In this document: positions 48,201-59,300 of the stretch, in pieces
Layout of the letters: each line of letters begins with the position of its first letter
Numbering within the stretch: position 1 is the stretch's first letter
Assembly (NCBI GenBank): GCA_965223325.1
Contig: CBDCWI010000002.1
Location: 1,984,001-2,048,000 of the forward strand
Origin: Candidatus Multivoradales bacterium
Lineage (GTDB): Bacteria > Acidobacteriota > Thermoanaerobaculia > Multivoradales > Multivoraceae
Length of the DNA: 64,000 nucleotides
Reading direction: 5' to 3'
Made by a program: the position numbers and the translations under genes
The notes under the pieces: generated by a model
Database searches by the model: none
Told to the model about the DNA's origin: nothing
Seen by the model: the letters and a program-made list of their open reading frames with translations, nothing else

Positions 48201-51200
48201 GATGAGACCAACCCACCCCGAGCGTTCCCGGCGCGTTGCCATGGTTGCTCGACCAGGTCCGCGAGAAAGAAAGGGCCTTGCCTCTCCCGGGGTACGAGAG
48301 GTCGGAGCGTGACACCACCAGATGGCCGTCGAAGAGATTGACCCCTTTGACCATGGCATGGCCGACTGGTGCACGATCACGCACCTCGTAGGCAACTTCG
48401 ATACTGCCCTCATGGGTTTCAACGAAGCCGTCGTCGGTGGCGACACCTGTGAGTTCGAAGCGGTAGCTTCCCGGCGCGAGGTCTCCCGGGCCGAGGTCAC
48501 GCCGCTGTTGGCCCAAGAGCACTTCGCCGCCGATGACCGTCTGCGGGGCGCCGAGCTCGAAGTCGCCGTCCGGGGTCATCGCATCAATGGGCCGCACTTC
48601 GAGGGTGACTGCGGCCTCGCGCCTTACAACGAACTCGAACGCGTCGGCCTGGCTGAACGCCCGCTCGTTCGGGATGTCGACCTCCTGGGTCACCCGCAGG
48701 TACTGCTTGACGTCGCGGAAGATGCGCTCGGTTACCGGGAGGGGGAAGGGCTCTGAGCGCACTTCGTAGCTGCTGCCACGGTTGAGAACGACCTCGAAGG
48801 CGTAGCTCGCGCCATCTACGATCTCCAGCCCGCGTGGAATGAGAGCCGTGCCCTCGCCCTGGCGTTCGGTGCCCTGCGCCGTGCCGAGGAGTCGGCCGGT
48901 CTCGACACCGTTCGCATCGCTGACTTCGATGAACGCCACCTCGACTGACAGCGCGTGGTAGTCGGCAGGTTCGATGCGATAGGCCACAGTCAGCTGGTCA
49001 CCAAGGCGAGAGTCGGCGGTGATCACGGTCTGCTCGGGCTCCGTTCCCAGAACCTCTGGCTGCACCGCAAAGAGTGCCGGGCGCTCGAAGGTCAACCAGG
49101 GCAAGCCGCCCGCCGGTGAGAACAGCTCTCGCGGAATGACCAGCGGGTTGCCGGCCTCGTCGATGAACTCGGCATTCCAACGAATGTGGTGCGGCTCGAG
49201 CTTGACGGTGTGCTCGACCGGCACTGGCCCCGCGGTCGGACGTACGAAGTAGGTTCCGAACTCGCTCCCTTCACTTTCCGGCACGAAGAGAGGCGCAGAG
49301 AGAGAGCCGCCGTTGGAGAGGGCGCCAGGCTCGGCCAAGAGCTCCGGCAAGTCGACCGCCGTCCCGGTAATCCAACGACCCGTTGTGCGTTCGCGGACAT
49401 CGCCCTGGTCATCAATGTACGGGTCCGGGTTCCACACCTCGAGAACGATCGAGAGGTCGGCGTCGGGGCTTTCTCCTGGTCGCGCTGCGGCAATCATGTT
49501 GCCGAACTCGTCGACCGGGCGCGGCATGCGGAACCTGAAGCTGGTCAGGTTGGAGCACGGGGAGATGGGGTTCCCGTCGGGATCGGTGGCGTTGCCCTGT
49601 GAGAACAGAACGTTGTATTCGAGCGTTTCGGAAAACACCACGCCGTCTCCCGCGACCGGATAGGAGACACGGATCAGCGACGGCCGAACAGCATCGTTCC
49701 CCAGGATGACTCCGGCTTGTGCACCGCGCGGGCCAGACACCGTCTCGAGGACCGGACCGCCGCACTGTCCGTGCCTTGGCAGCGCAATGGCGCAAGCCGC
49801 GGGGTCGAACACCTGAGCATCGCGGAACAGGCCTGCGGGCGGCACGCCAGGGAGCGGCTGAAAGTAGTCCTCCTGGTTGGGGCAGACGTTCTCGAAGTAG
49901 GGCGCCTCTGGCACGTCGAACACGACGGGCGCGTTGGAGACCGGGTTGTCGAACGCGTCATAAAGAAAAACGCGCAAGGTCTCGGCAAACGTTGCTGGTT
50001 CCGCCGTATGCACCTGATCAACCGGACGATCCGGCACCAGTCGTGCCGGCGGGCCTGGCAGCATGTACTCACGGAACGGCTGGTCGATGACGACCTCGTC
50101 GTCCTCGACCTGAGCGACCGCCTCAATGAGAATCTGCCCGGCGAGCGTGGCTTCCTCGTCACTTTCGCGAATCCGGATGAGCTCACCGTTGACGCTGGTG
50201 TCGGTTCCCATGAGAACCTCGACCCACGCAATGCCCGCCTCATCGCTAGTGGTGCTTGCCGACTCGCCTGCACCGTTCTCTGAGCGCACGGTGGCGTCGC
50301 CGGCAACAACAACAAACTCCACCAGAGCGCCCACCACGGCGCGACCGAGGTCGTCGCGGGCAACCACCCCAATGCGCTGCGGCAGCCTTTCACTGACTTC
50401 GGCCATCAGCCCGTCGGTTTCCTCAACTCGCGAAAGGCTGGTTACCGAGAGTGGGTCCGGGTTGGTGTCCTGGCCGGCACCCGCCAGCGCATCCGCCAGG
50501 TCGTCGAGCACCCAGTCCGCGAAGGGCTCGACGGTCTCACCGCCCGCCAGGCCGCCACTCAGGAAGTAGCCGGCTGCCCCGCTGGCCTGATCGATGACCC
50601 GAAACACCGAGCCCCGCCAAGCGCGCAGCTCGACTTCTGTTTGTGGGATCTCGACCACCAGGCCGTCTTGTGCCCAGGCGAGAACCGCCGCTTTGACCTC
50701 CTCCGAGTGCGACAGTGTCGGAAGCAGGGCATCGACATTGCTCGCGTCAAGGGTGGTGATCGCAATGCCCGACTCTCGCGCCAGGCCGAGGCCTCGATCT
50801 GCCGAAATGCTCTCCACCATGAAGTCGTCTTCGAAGCCGAAGTGCTCGCGGCTCGAGCCATGAAGGGCAGAAATGGCGGTAAACGAGCGTGCTACGGCCT
50901 CCGGGTCGCCGCCCTGGGTCGGGTCCGCAAAGGGGTGCACAACGCGCTCAATGGCATCGAGCTCCACCCCTTCGACCCGTAGGGCCTGCGGAAGACCGAC
51001 CGCAAACTCGACATCGATCGCCAGCGAAGTCACCGCCAAAGAGGGCGCGGGCCGCAGAACGGTGACTCCGAGCAGGCCCCCGAGGAGCCGCTCACCCTCG
51101 TCCCATTCGATGCCGAAAGAAAGCGCCCGCTGGGCGAGAAGAACCGCCGCCAAGGTCTCGTCTTCCCCAACGACCAGGTCCTCCGCAGAAGGCTGCCGCT

Positions 51201-53373
51201 CGTACGAACCCGCGCCGAAACCGAAGGCGTAGAGGCCGCCGGCGAGGGCATCGATCGAGCGCCGGTGCGTCGACGCGAGCGGGCCACCCGAGACGGCAGG
51301 TGCCGAACTCGGACCAACCCACTCCACGACGACGCGGGCCTGGCTGGCGAGCGGCAGGGAACCGGTGCCCACCGCCGCTCGCAGACCCGCAATCGAGATC
51401 TGCGGGCGTACATTCAGCAGATAGGCCGGTACCGAATAGAGGCTGCCCCAGAGGTTGAGGGTCTGGTGGTCTTCGAGGGTGGCGGGAATCCACGAGAGGG
51501 TGACTCGCTCTCCGGCGAGCCGTGCGCTGGGTACTTCGAAGCGCAAGAGCTCTTCGCCGGTCTCGGCTCGCACCAGGAAACGAGCGCGGTGCACCAGGCG
51601 CTCTGGGATCGCCGCGGCCTCTTCGAGAACGACTACCTCCTCGAAGGGAAGCGAGCTCGGAAGTAGCCCGAGGTCTTCGCGCACGATCTCGCGGCTGCCC
51701 AGCTCGGCTTCGAGCGCGCCACCGGCTAGCGCTACCTCGAGCCGGCGCACCAGGGTGTCGACGACATCTTCCGGCTGCTGACGGCTGAGATAGGCGGCAA
51801 TCTCCTGGTCGACATCGACGGCGCCTCTCAGAATGCCGGTGGGCGGTGTAACACTCACGCGCTTCGACGCAGGCGCCAGCGGCACCCAGGCGGCGCCCGA
51901 GAGGTCCACCACGGCGCCGCGATAGTTGCCGTACGGCGGCCGCGCACTGACCCAGACCTGTTCGAGCTGCATGGCCGCCACGCGGCCGCCACGAAGCACC
52001 GGCTCTGCCGGAACTCCCGCTTCCCGCAGCGCTCGCGGCACCTGCGCTTCGGTGACCCCGATCGAGAGCGCAAGCTCCTCGATGTCACGCTCGGCGACGC
52101 CCACCACGAAGCGAGCGGGCACCCCGCTGGCGCGCAGCAAGGCGACCAACAGGGCAGACTGGTCGGCATCGTTGCCGGCTCGTTGACGGAGAGTGGCCTC
52201 GGCACCCTTCTGGAGACCGGCGTACCACTCCGTGTGAATCTCGTTGCGCACGAAGTCAAAGATCCGCGCGGCTTCGAAGCCAAGTGCCTCGGCCTGGTCC
52301 CGGACGCTTACCGAGAGCGGCGAGAAGAGGTCAAACGCCAGGTCAGCACCTGCCGGCAGAATGTCCGCGGCGGTGCTGTAGGTCGGGGTGATCGGCGGGC
52401 CGAGGCTGAGGGCGCGGGCACCCGGGTGGTCGCGGTGGTACGGGAGCGAAACACCATGGATGCGCTCGCCGCGGGCTTCTTCGGCGAACGGTGCAGCTTC
52501 TGGAGCCGAGAACAAAACGCGCAAGCGACGAGTCGCCGCCTCGACCGCTTCGCGACTCGCCGGCGTGCGAACTGTCGGCACCTCGGTCTCTCCCGACCTG
52601 GGAGAACCGAAAGGCACCGCTTCGGCAGCACGGAGTTCGAGCGGGCCTGGCTCCTCTCTTGGTTCCTCTCCCGGTTCCTCGCCCGGCTCAGCGACCGACG
52701 CACCGGAACCATCTGGCTGTGCCTGGCGATCCACGGGCTCGCCTGGAAAGGCGGCATCGAGGATGCTGCGCAGCTCGGCCATGCGCTCGCTGTAGAGGCG
52801 TTGTGCCTCACTGAGCCGAGCGAGTACCTGACTGCCTGGCACCTGGACCTCGCCCGTTTCGTCGAGGGCTCCCCCGCTGGAATACCCGGCGCCAGTGAGG
52901 CGCTCCCGAACAGCCTCGAAGTGTTCGATCATGCGAGCGTCAGCGGCCCGCACGGCTCGCAGCAGATTCGTCGTGTGCGCGGTGTCGAGCGTCTCGGCGC
53001 CAGAGGTCCGAACGATCTCGGCGCGCAACGCTCTGATCGCACGGGTGAGCTCGGCCGCTGGCTCACCATCGTCACCCGGAGAGGTAAGCGCCAGACGCTG
53101 GTGCTCTAGCGAAGCGGCCGGCAGGGCCTCGAGTGCGGCGCGGAGCGAGTCGACCTCCTGGCCGCGGGCCAGCCGGTCGACCCACTCGTGGTGCAAACGG
53201 CGACGTTCAGCTTCAACGTCGGCGGTGGGTGAGCTCTCGGCCACCTGTGCGCCAACCGCTGTCGCAATGGCCACACCGAGAAGAAGAACGGAAGACACCA
53301 GACACGTGACGCGCCCGCGACGACGCGGTAGCGCATGAGAAGGAGTCAAAATCATCGGGCACTCACTCTTCAT
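42280..53373 (-). CDS. Giant Rhs polymorphic toxin: signal peptide, inactive transglutaminase-like domain, Ig-like region, DUF6531-like segment, YD repeats, Rhs core, C-terminal toxin
   Basis: Sec-like N-terminus (RRRGR...LLLGVAIATAVGA-Q), GNDADQ...GVPARFV, VNLFDG...LGVGWSH, many YD repeats, FGFTGHE...YYAKARFYDP...DPDGR. Start overlaps the upstream stop (TGATG). Confidence 0.93.
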   Translation of the reverse strand: MKSECPMILTPSHALPRRRGRVTCLVSSVLLLGVAIATAVGAQVAESSPTADVEAERRRLHHEWVDRLARGQEVDSLRAALEALPAASLEHQRLALTSPGDDGEPAAELTRAIRALRAEIVRTSGAETLDTAHTTNLLRAVRAADARMIEHFEAVRERLTGAGYSSGGALDETGEVQVPGSQVLARLSEAQRLYSERMAELRSILDAAFPGEPVDRQAQPDGSGASVAEPGEEPGEEPREEPGPLELRAAEAVPFGSPRSGETEVPTVRTPASREAVEAATRRLRVLFSAPEAAPFAEEARGERIHGVSLPYHRDHPGARALSLGPPITPTYSTAADILPAGADLAFDLFSPLSVSVRDQAEALGFEAARIFDFVRNEIHTEWYAGLQKGAEATLRQRAGNDADQSALLVALLRASGVPARFVVGVAERDIEELALSIGVTEAQVPRALREAGVPAEPVLRGGRVAAMQLEQVWVSARPPYGNYRGAVVDLSGAAWVPLAPASKRVSVTPPTGILRGAVDVDQEIAAYLSRQQPEDVVDTLVRRLEVALAGGALEAELGSREIVREDLGLLPSSLPFEEVVVLEEAAAIPERLVHRARFLVRAETGEELLRFEVPSARLAGERVTLSWIPATLEDHQTLNLWGSLYSVPAYLLNVRPQISIAGLRAAVGTGSLPLASQARVVVEWVGPSSAPAVSGGPLASTHRRSIDALAGGLYAFGFGAGSYERQPSAEDLVVGEDETLAAVLLAQRALSFGIEWDEGERLLGGLLGVTVLRPAPSLAVTSLAIDVEFAVGLPQALRVEGVELDAIERVVHPFADPTQGGDPEAVARSFTAISALHGSSREHFGFEDDFMVESISADRGLGLARESGIAITTLDASNVDALLPTLSHSEEVKAAVLAWAQDGLVVEIPQTEVELRAWRGSVFRVIDQASGAAGYFLSGGLAGGETVEPFADWVLDDLADALAGAGQDTNPDPLSVTSLSRVEETDGLMAEVSERLPQRIGVVARDDLGRAVVGALVEFVVVAGDATVRSENGAGESASTTSDEAGIAWVEVLMGTDTSVNGELIRIRESDEEATLAGQILIEAVAQVEDDEVVIDQPFREYMLPGPPARLVPDRPVDQVHTAEPATFAETLRVFLYDAFDNPVSNAPVVFDVPEAPYFENVCPNQEDYFQPLPGVPPAGLFRDAQVFDPAACAIALPRHGQCGGPVLETVSGPRGAQAGVILGNDAVRPSLIRVSYPVAGDGVVFSETLEYNVLFSQGNATDPDGNPISPCSNLTSFRFRMPRPVDEFGNMIAAARPGESPDADLSIVLEVWNPDPYIDDQGDVRERTTGRWITGTAVDLPELLAEPGALSNGGSLSAPLFVPESEGSEFGTYFVRPTAGPVPVEHTVKLEPHHIRWNAEFIDEAGNPLVIPRELFSPAGGLPWLTFERPALFAVQPEVLGTEPEQTVITADSRLGDQLTVAYRIEPADYHALSVEVAFIEVSDANGVETGRLLGTAQGTERQGEGTALIPRGLEIVDGASYAFEVVLNRGSSYEVRSEPFPLPVTERIFRDVKQYLRVTQEVDIPNERAFSQADAFEFVVRREAAVTLEVRPIDAMTPDGDFELGAPQTVIGGEVLLGQQRRDLGPGDLAPGSYRFELTGVATDDGFVETHEGSIEVAYEVRDRAPVGHAMVKGVNLFDGHLVVSRSDLSYPGRGKALSFSRTWSSNHGNAPGTLGVGWSHPYDSRLILTPHGIAIVIGAEGSGMRFEGDGQGGWTPLRGYHGTLVQDTDNGAFDFFTRDGSRYRYFLREHNHFELDFIEDTNGNRTDLLYSGAGENRVLTSVVDSSGRSLDFTNVRRDFALWSGQVITAITGPGNQSVTFGYDIHGNLTSAVREGGLRSERYGYNFEVGDTPLWEKRHLLVEVENQLNTALSSYVYIKQPVGVQGDIQVPTYAVDHLVEPQGTTGPGGDITTAGGTTRFVYNTLALADRSSGQLETQVESARTDGDPKVTRWFLNGYGSPQRTVDPLGNESLMTWDDQDILLTSRTDANGVTTTFTYDSEGNLLSEETLSSEWDGTERTFTQVNTYWPSETFSLPAGGKIKNRLRTRTDRNGNTTSFGYDNRGNLIEESIQVTGLESSESLTTTHAYSANGDRIRTTNPRGFTTTFTYDVYGNLARVIEPSPGGTTETVWDERSLPLSRTDQEGRVTDFTYDGLGRLLRTDLPRAAGEAGRPSATASYDDANNVQTETDPAGRTTTTQFDLQGRVVRIENAVGGTMELAYDEAGNKTLETGWFDADTLRTEVTFQYDDADRLVRRDEPLDRTTTYGYDPAGNVIRETLLDQSDGSFPTRETLFGYDGLNRQDEITQVFGTAAGDATTRRRYDGEGNLVEEIDPEGRVSSSRYDELNRRIEFVEPPYSSGAAKTTQWIYDGSSNLIEERRLNQRYSASGSWDIADQIRNFSYDALDRVETQTDAEDREPQNRPTTFRYDKVGNVVAEIDPNLNRVEHSYDARNRRTTTTVHLDRVTSATHPEGLAVATTVRTFDAVGNLLTEEFPNGNTQTSNWDGLNRLLNTSDDMGAISSFEYDARGNRTAETNARGHRTELDYDALDRVVERRLPTVTVPATQPRVETFTYDVVGNQLSVTDVRGFTVDIEYDRLNRETRRILPPTATGFGNEGSTARYETSQTYDRVGNVLTRTNARGLTTSFEYDGLNRLVRQQDPGPLSYVQTFQYDAIGNQVEHIDRRGIAQRFTFDRENRDIAQSRDGLQLLSRRYDANGNKVSETDANGATTSWNYDERDLALVENRPETSTTVFHYDAMGSVILEIDPVGRESSRAYDLRQRLSSETTGAGETTLYEYDLAGNRTLTQRPEGGTWRNSYDEANRIQSVTSPAGTTSYTYDEAGNLLEHLDAENSATTFSYDALSRQATKTMADSSAEAMRYDENGNITGLRDAVGQEITRSYDVLDRETSVTYPEPVNDPDRTDFLSEISMTYDPSGNPTLIEEQYTGATGTRVTTRTYDTFDRLETVTDPQGETLSYRYDPNGNRTRLEDSDGLATTYTFDGLNRPTTVTTDGGTTEYRYYRDSRLERVTYPNGTTADTTYDLAGRTETITNRWNSALVSSYSYEYDRNGNRTVQVEENGGAAETTTYSYDLADRLTQVVYPDKTTTYTYDGVGNRLTEVDTSTSGVTRDRTLSYDSRHRIESMIDALDATQSVTYSWDPNGNLRTRSQGSETREHFYDSRDQLTEVRTNGLLSGYYQYDYQGLRIRKSGGPEGTVRYVYDDQSVLQQTDDNGFTLSKYDYGPDRLLSLNNTSEGRQFYLFDALGSISNLIQPDGALKARYRWDAWGNLRSQVGSSANVFGFTGHELDDETGLYYAKARFYDPELGRFLTEDPVFGDLSDPPSLHWYTYGKVNPTVWVDPDGRVEVRGMPSAPEGLPDEVVEKAERAQEMITELDDAVIEKAAEAADKLEELPGGSWLAERTEDLAAVASAGLNLLRIPPSAVQAVDLALEINANNQQSPITMIAEPEALPHRTRGFEANQQLVEEAKDSAVLILESAVEVGYEASRGDREAQIRTKRTVLEVGTAAGGLVRGGSKFVRAFRGKRARAARGASAPPESATRFPDGDSQLEHIFEDRPGHLPDTPENRNLLIDVADDPAATLGTDRFGNEWSARTLDDGTQAWVQTRDGIVQNGGLNLEPRTFNSDTGLSRGKQ

Positions 53374-56300
53374 CACAGACCCCCACCAGTGGAGCCATCA
53401 TCCGGGCCAACAGCTCTTCGCCCGCCGGCGCCGAGACGCCGGACGCCGAAGGCAAGCAGAAGCCCAACCAATAGAAACAAACCGAACGGTCCGAGCACTG
53501 GAATCGCAATGACACTCGGACTCAAGTCGACCACCGTGGCATCGCCCTTCTCGACGGTGGTGGGATCATCGCTGTAAGTCGGCTCGAGATCGCCGGCGGT
53601 CAGAACACCCTGGATCGCCACGAAGCGCGTCCCCGGGAGCGGAGCCTCGGCGAGGCGGGTCGCAAAGCGCAACCAGCGCGCACCGCCGGGCTCGATTCCG
53701 CCGAAGGCATGCAGCGCCTCCAGCTCCGGCCCACTTGCATCGCGGCTGGAGGTGCACCCTTCAGGTGGTGAGCCATCTCCGAACTGCACGCTGCCGGGCA
53801 CCGTCTTCAAGACAGAAGGAACGTCGACCAGGGCCGTCACGCCGCGGGCGGCCGCGTCACCTACGTTCTCCACCCGCAGCGTCCATACGAGGACGTCACC
53901 GTGATCGAAGAGCCGATCCAGCTGGCGGTCCTCTTCGAAGCAACGGTCAAGGAATGCTTTGAGCTTCGGGCGCAGCCACTCGACGGTGATGCTGTCCTCT
54001 AGAACCTCACCGCCAGCCGTCGTGGCCACAGCATCGATCCGGGTGAGACCGCGGAAGAGCTTCACTTTGGGAACCAACCAGCTGCCGTCTGCCTCTGCGA
54101 TGACGGAGGGATAGACCCTCGAGTTGTGAGGATGGGCAACGCGGGTGGCCGTCACCTCAACCGTCGCGCCGGGGTCGGCCTGACCGCTCACGTCCTCGTG
54201 CGGGCCGAGCAGACTCTCGCCGTCTTCTGGATCGAGAATCAAGAAGCCAAACGACGGCCTGATCTTGAGGATGAAGCGAACTTCGACCCGCGCCGTATTG
54301 CCGAGCGTGTCTGTTGCCACAACGACCAGGAAGTGCGCACCGTTGGCATCGACCTCGGTGCCGCTCTCGAAAGGCTGGAAGTCGAGGGTGATTTCGGTGG
54401 TGTCCAGGTGCGGGTCTTCGACCGTAATGATCGGCGTCACCGGGTGCTCGTACTCGACCGTATGTTCCACGCCGGTCACCGTGATCTCGGGCGGCGTACC
54501 GTCAACCTCCACCGAAATCGCCTGCGCTCTGCCCTCTGCACCGTCACCGTCTGTCGCACGCGCCTCGATCTGGTGGAGCCCGTCGGCGAGCCCGTCGACT
54601 TGCCGCTCGTAGAAGGGCGCGACCATGGCAGTGGCCGGTAGCCACGCACCGCCGTCCATGCGAATCTCGACCGTGTCGACGGAGTTGTCATCGGTCGCAG
54701 AAACACGGACGGTGAAGCTCGCTGGTAAGAGCGCGTCCGCGAGCGGTTCGACAATCGCAACGACCGGTGGCTCGTTGGTGCCACCAAGCTGGAGGGCGGA
54801 ATCGGCATTCGCCAGGAGCTCTGTTACGAGGAACAGGTCAGCCTCGACCCGATACTGCCCGGGCGCCGCACCCGACGAATCCCACAGACGCTCGACGACC
54901 ACGCTTTGACCCACGGGGATGTCGGCTGGATTGTCCTGCCAACTGGCAACCACCGTTGCGGTGGCCATCTCAACGATGCGCAGGTCGAGGCGCGCACCGG
55001 AAAGCGGCTCCGAGCCGGCCTGAAGGTCGATCTGGGCACGAACTGCGATCTCGGTGCCAACCTCGGCGTTCGCAGGATCGGCGAGCACCGAGAGCCCGAC
55101 AGACTGCGGTACCAGAATCGTAAAGACCTCCGCGCTCTCAGACACCACGGTACCGGCGCCATCGGTAAGAACGGCGCGCACGGTGTAGACCCCTGGGGCG
55201 ACTCCGGCTGTGTCCCAAGTGAAGGGGAACTCCGCCGAACCATCGGCAGGAACCTGGGCCGTACCATCAACAAGAACCGCGACGAGAGAGCCGGCGCTGT
55301 CGTAGACGCGCACGGCAAGCTGGCCGTCCAGGGCAGTGCTCGCTGCAGACACGGTCGCCGACCCCGAAACCACAACACCCGGTGCACCCTCTTCGGCATC
55401 GAGGGCAAGGGTCACAGAAGGCCCGTCGCCGAGGATCACGAAACGAACCAGCGTGCTTGCCTGGTTGCCGGCAAGATCGCGGGCGGTTGCCTGGAGCAGG
55501 TAGCTGCCCGGCTGGGAGACGTCGGTACCCGAGATGAAGACCAGCCCGTTGAGGAGCACCGAGCTTGCCGCGAGATGGTCTTCTAAGATCTGAACGACTG
55601 GCGTCACGGTCCCGGTCAGCTGCTGGCCGTCGATGACGCCAAGAATGGTGATCAGAGGTGGCGTGAGATCGACCTCGAAGGTCAACGGACCCGCCGTCGC
55701 AACGTTGCCGAAACGATCGGTCGCGCGGGCGGTGGTGGTGTGCGTACCTTCGCTGAGGCCACTGGCATTGAGGACGAACTCCCCACGCTCGATATCGGCC
55801 AGGGTGGCCAGCATGAACGGTCCGCCGTCGATCGCGATCTCGACCCGCTCGATCCCGGAAAGGTCATCGGTCGCGGCCACCACGAGCCGGGCGTCGGCAG
55901 CGAGGAACGCACCATCCGTCGCCGGCGAGCGGAACTCGAGCACCGGCGGTTGACGGTCCACCAGGCTGACCTGAATCGTCGCCAGGCGGACGGTTTCCAC
56001 TCCCCCGCCAGGTGCTGGCAGGTCGGCCGAAAGAACCGCGACATAGGACGCCAACTCCAACCCGTCGGTGGCGAACTCGGCCCGCCCGCTAATGGTTTCC
56101 TGGACGGCGAGATCATAAAGCTCGACCACCGCGCCCAGCTCTTCGCCGCTCTCGGCGCGGCGCAGAACCACCCGCACCGGAATTGCTGCCAGATCGACTC
56201 CACCGACGTTTCTAACCGTGAAGTCGAGCGGCAGAGTGTCGCCTACCGCCACCGCCGAAGAAGGCCCGAAGAGAGAGCCTACGAGCGCGGCGGGCTGCAA

Positions 56301-59300
56301 ACTGACTTCGAAGGTCGTCTCGGCGGTCGCCAGGTCGATCCCTGCTCCGCGGAGCACGTGAACGACGCGCCACACGCCAGGTAGAGCACCATCCGTCGAC
56401 CAGGCAAAGAGCGCTGTGCGCTCCTCACCCGGCAGCAGCGTGCCATGGTCGCGCTCGAACATCGCGACCTCGACGTCGTTCGGATCAAACACCCGTACCG
56501 TTGAGATGGCATCTTCGACAATCGCGCTCGTGGTGAGATGACTCACCGAGGCGGTGATCTCGACTTCGTCGGGCGGCGTGTAGCGCCCGCGGTCCGTCTG
56601 GATGGCCGCCGTCACCTCGGCCTCGGCGCCCAGACCCAGAGTGGCTCGATCAACCAGTACCGGCGGTGCTCCGTTCTCGAGGCTGGCATCGAAGAGCTCG
56701 GCCACGACGACATAGGTCCCCGCAAACACGCCGGCGCTGTCCCACAGGAACTCCTCGATGTGCGATGCCCCGAAGTCGAGGTTGAGGTTCTCGACCCGCG
56801 ACAGGGTGGCAAGAGCAAAGCCGGCTTCGTCTTCGACCCGCACCACCAGGGTTCCCAGGAGCGGATCGCCGGCATTGGAAAGTCGCGCCGAACCCGTCAC
56901 CAGGTCTCCGGCCTGCCAGACGTCACGCTCGAGCTCGACGGTCAGTGCTGGACCTGCAAGCTCGGGCACGTCAACCGAGCGCTCGGACCGGTTGTTGGTT
57001 TCGTCGCTTTCGAAGATCACATTGGCGGCGTCAACGACCGCCCGCACGATGTGAACGCCAGCCAGGGCCTCGAAGTCGGCTGAGAACTCGAGCCGCTCGC
57101 CCGGTGCGAGTGGGGGAACGTCCGCATCAACCAGCGTCGAGGTAACGAGGCCGCCCGCTCCGTCTGGAAGATCGACGGCCAACACAAAGCGCGTTGCCGC
57201 CTGACTGACCGATCCACCGCGGTTCTTGACCGCCGCGCCCACACGCACTGTGTCGCCGCTCGCCGGTTGCACGGGCAGAAGCGAAACTCCACCCTCGAGG
57301 GCCAGGTCAGGTAGCTGACTCGCCTCGAGCACCAGGTTGACCGCCTCCGAAGGAGCGCTCGGGTTGCCAGCGGAATCGACCGCGATGGCACGAACGAGAT
57401 TGCTGCCCGGCTCGAGCGCCACCGGGAACTGGAAGCGCCCAGGAAGATCGAGGAAGAAGTGCGAGGCGCCAGTCGACCCCAGGAGACCCGACGGCCCGAA
57501 CTGAAGGTCGCGGGCGGATGACACATCCACGACGTCCTCTTCCCCGCTCGAGAGATCGCGCACGACAATGCGCGACTGCGGGTCGACAAACGCCAACTCG
57601 CTGCCATCGGGCGAGACGACCGGTAGACGGCCCAGACCAAGATCCTCGACCACACCGGTAGAAGGCGTGATGCGTACCATCTGGTCCTCACTCGGGGCGC
57701 TCGGATGTGGGCGGCTCACCAGCACGCGGCCTGCAGCGTCCCACTTGACGGGCACCTCCGAAACGGTGTCTTCGATTCGCACGACCGGGCCGCTACTACC
57801 GGTTGCGCGCTCCCAGATGAACAGCCCCGGGTCACTCGATCTCCCGGCCCACGCGAACCAGGCGCTGTCACGCGACCACCGCAACCGCTCGCCCACCAGG
57901 GTCGAGCCCTCGGCAAGCACGAACCATTCGCCGGTGGTGAGATCGTAGATGTGGATCCCTGTCACCGTACCGCCGCTCGCAACGGTACGTCGACCGGAGA
58001 GCGCGAGGAGCGTGCCGTCGGGCGACAGGCTGAGGTTACCGCTCCTTGCGGTCGTCAGTGACTCGTCCCTCGCACCATCGAACAGGAAGCGCCTGATCCC
58101 GTCGAGACCAACGTAGAGGAAGCCTTCCTCATCAGGCAGCCAGATCGGGCTGTTGTCGCCTTCCGTTGGGTGTTTCGTTTCAATACCGGTTCGGACATCT
58201 CGCACTACGACCTCTCCCGAACCTTCGAAGACAATCCGCGCGCTCCACGGGGCCAGAACCACCGAGCCGAAGACCGTCACACTCGGGTGCTGGACCGGCG
58301 CGCCGGTTGCCGTCCCCACGGCGACCAGAAGATCATCGCGCTCGAGCCGCACACCGGTTCCGGGCTCCGCACGACCACCAACAGGAACCGGGGTTGAAGA
58401 AGTCTGGTAGGTCTCACCACCACGAACCGGCACGAGGATGGTGGGCACTGCGGGCGGCTCCGCATCGATCGGCGTCGCCGCCACTTCATTCGAAACCGAG
58501 CTTTCGTTTCCTACTGCGTCGATCGAGGTCACCACCCAGAACCACTGCATCCCGGTTTCGAGATCACGATCGGTAAAGGGCGGCGCCGGGGTCGACGCAA
58601 CCCGTTCGTAGGGGCCGCCCGAAACAGCCGAACGGCGTACCACGTAGCCCGCCGGAGGCGGACCAGCAGGAGGCTGCCAGGCAAGGTCGACCGCATCGGC
58701 ACGCACCGCAAGCACCTGCAGGGCAACCGGTGCCAACGGGGAGGGAGCAAGGATCTCGACGACCTCGACGTTCGAAGACGCGCTGGCATTGCCCGCCGCG
58801 TCCAGGGCACGCACCAGGTAGCTGTAGATGCCGTTGGCCAGCAGGCCATCCACCAGCTCGAGTGAAGACAGGTCCTCGTGGCGCGCGATTCTGGCGCCAT
58901 CCCGCTCCACCGCATAGGCCACGACGTCGGGCTCGGGTGATGCGGTCCACGAGAGCTGGACGCTCGATTCCACAACAACTGCCACGAGACTCGGGGGTGA
59001 CGGCGCCACGACATCGCCAACCGAGGCGGCGGCCGGGGCACTCAGCACACTCTCGAATCCAAAGACGTCGACCGCAGTCACCGTGTATGTGTGCAGCCCA
59101 TCGGGCGCCGTGTCGACAACCGGCGGACCGCCAACGAGTGGCGCCTCGAAAGTTCTGAATTCGGCGACCTGCGGCACAACGATCACGCCCTCTTCGCTAC
59201 GACGCGTGAGGATATCCAGGCGCACGCCGTCTGCCTTGTAGAGATGCGGAAGCGTGATGGTCGTCGAGGCACTCTCGTCACCGCGCACCTCGGCGACAAC

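Noticed and set aside
52645-52692. Short tandem repeat encoding EPGEEPGEEPREEPG
   Set aside because: An in-frame 12-bp linker repeat with no phase-variation potential.
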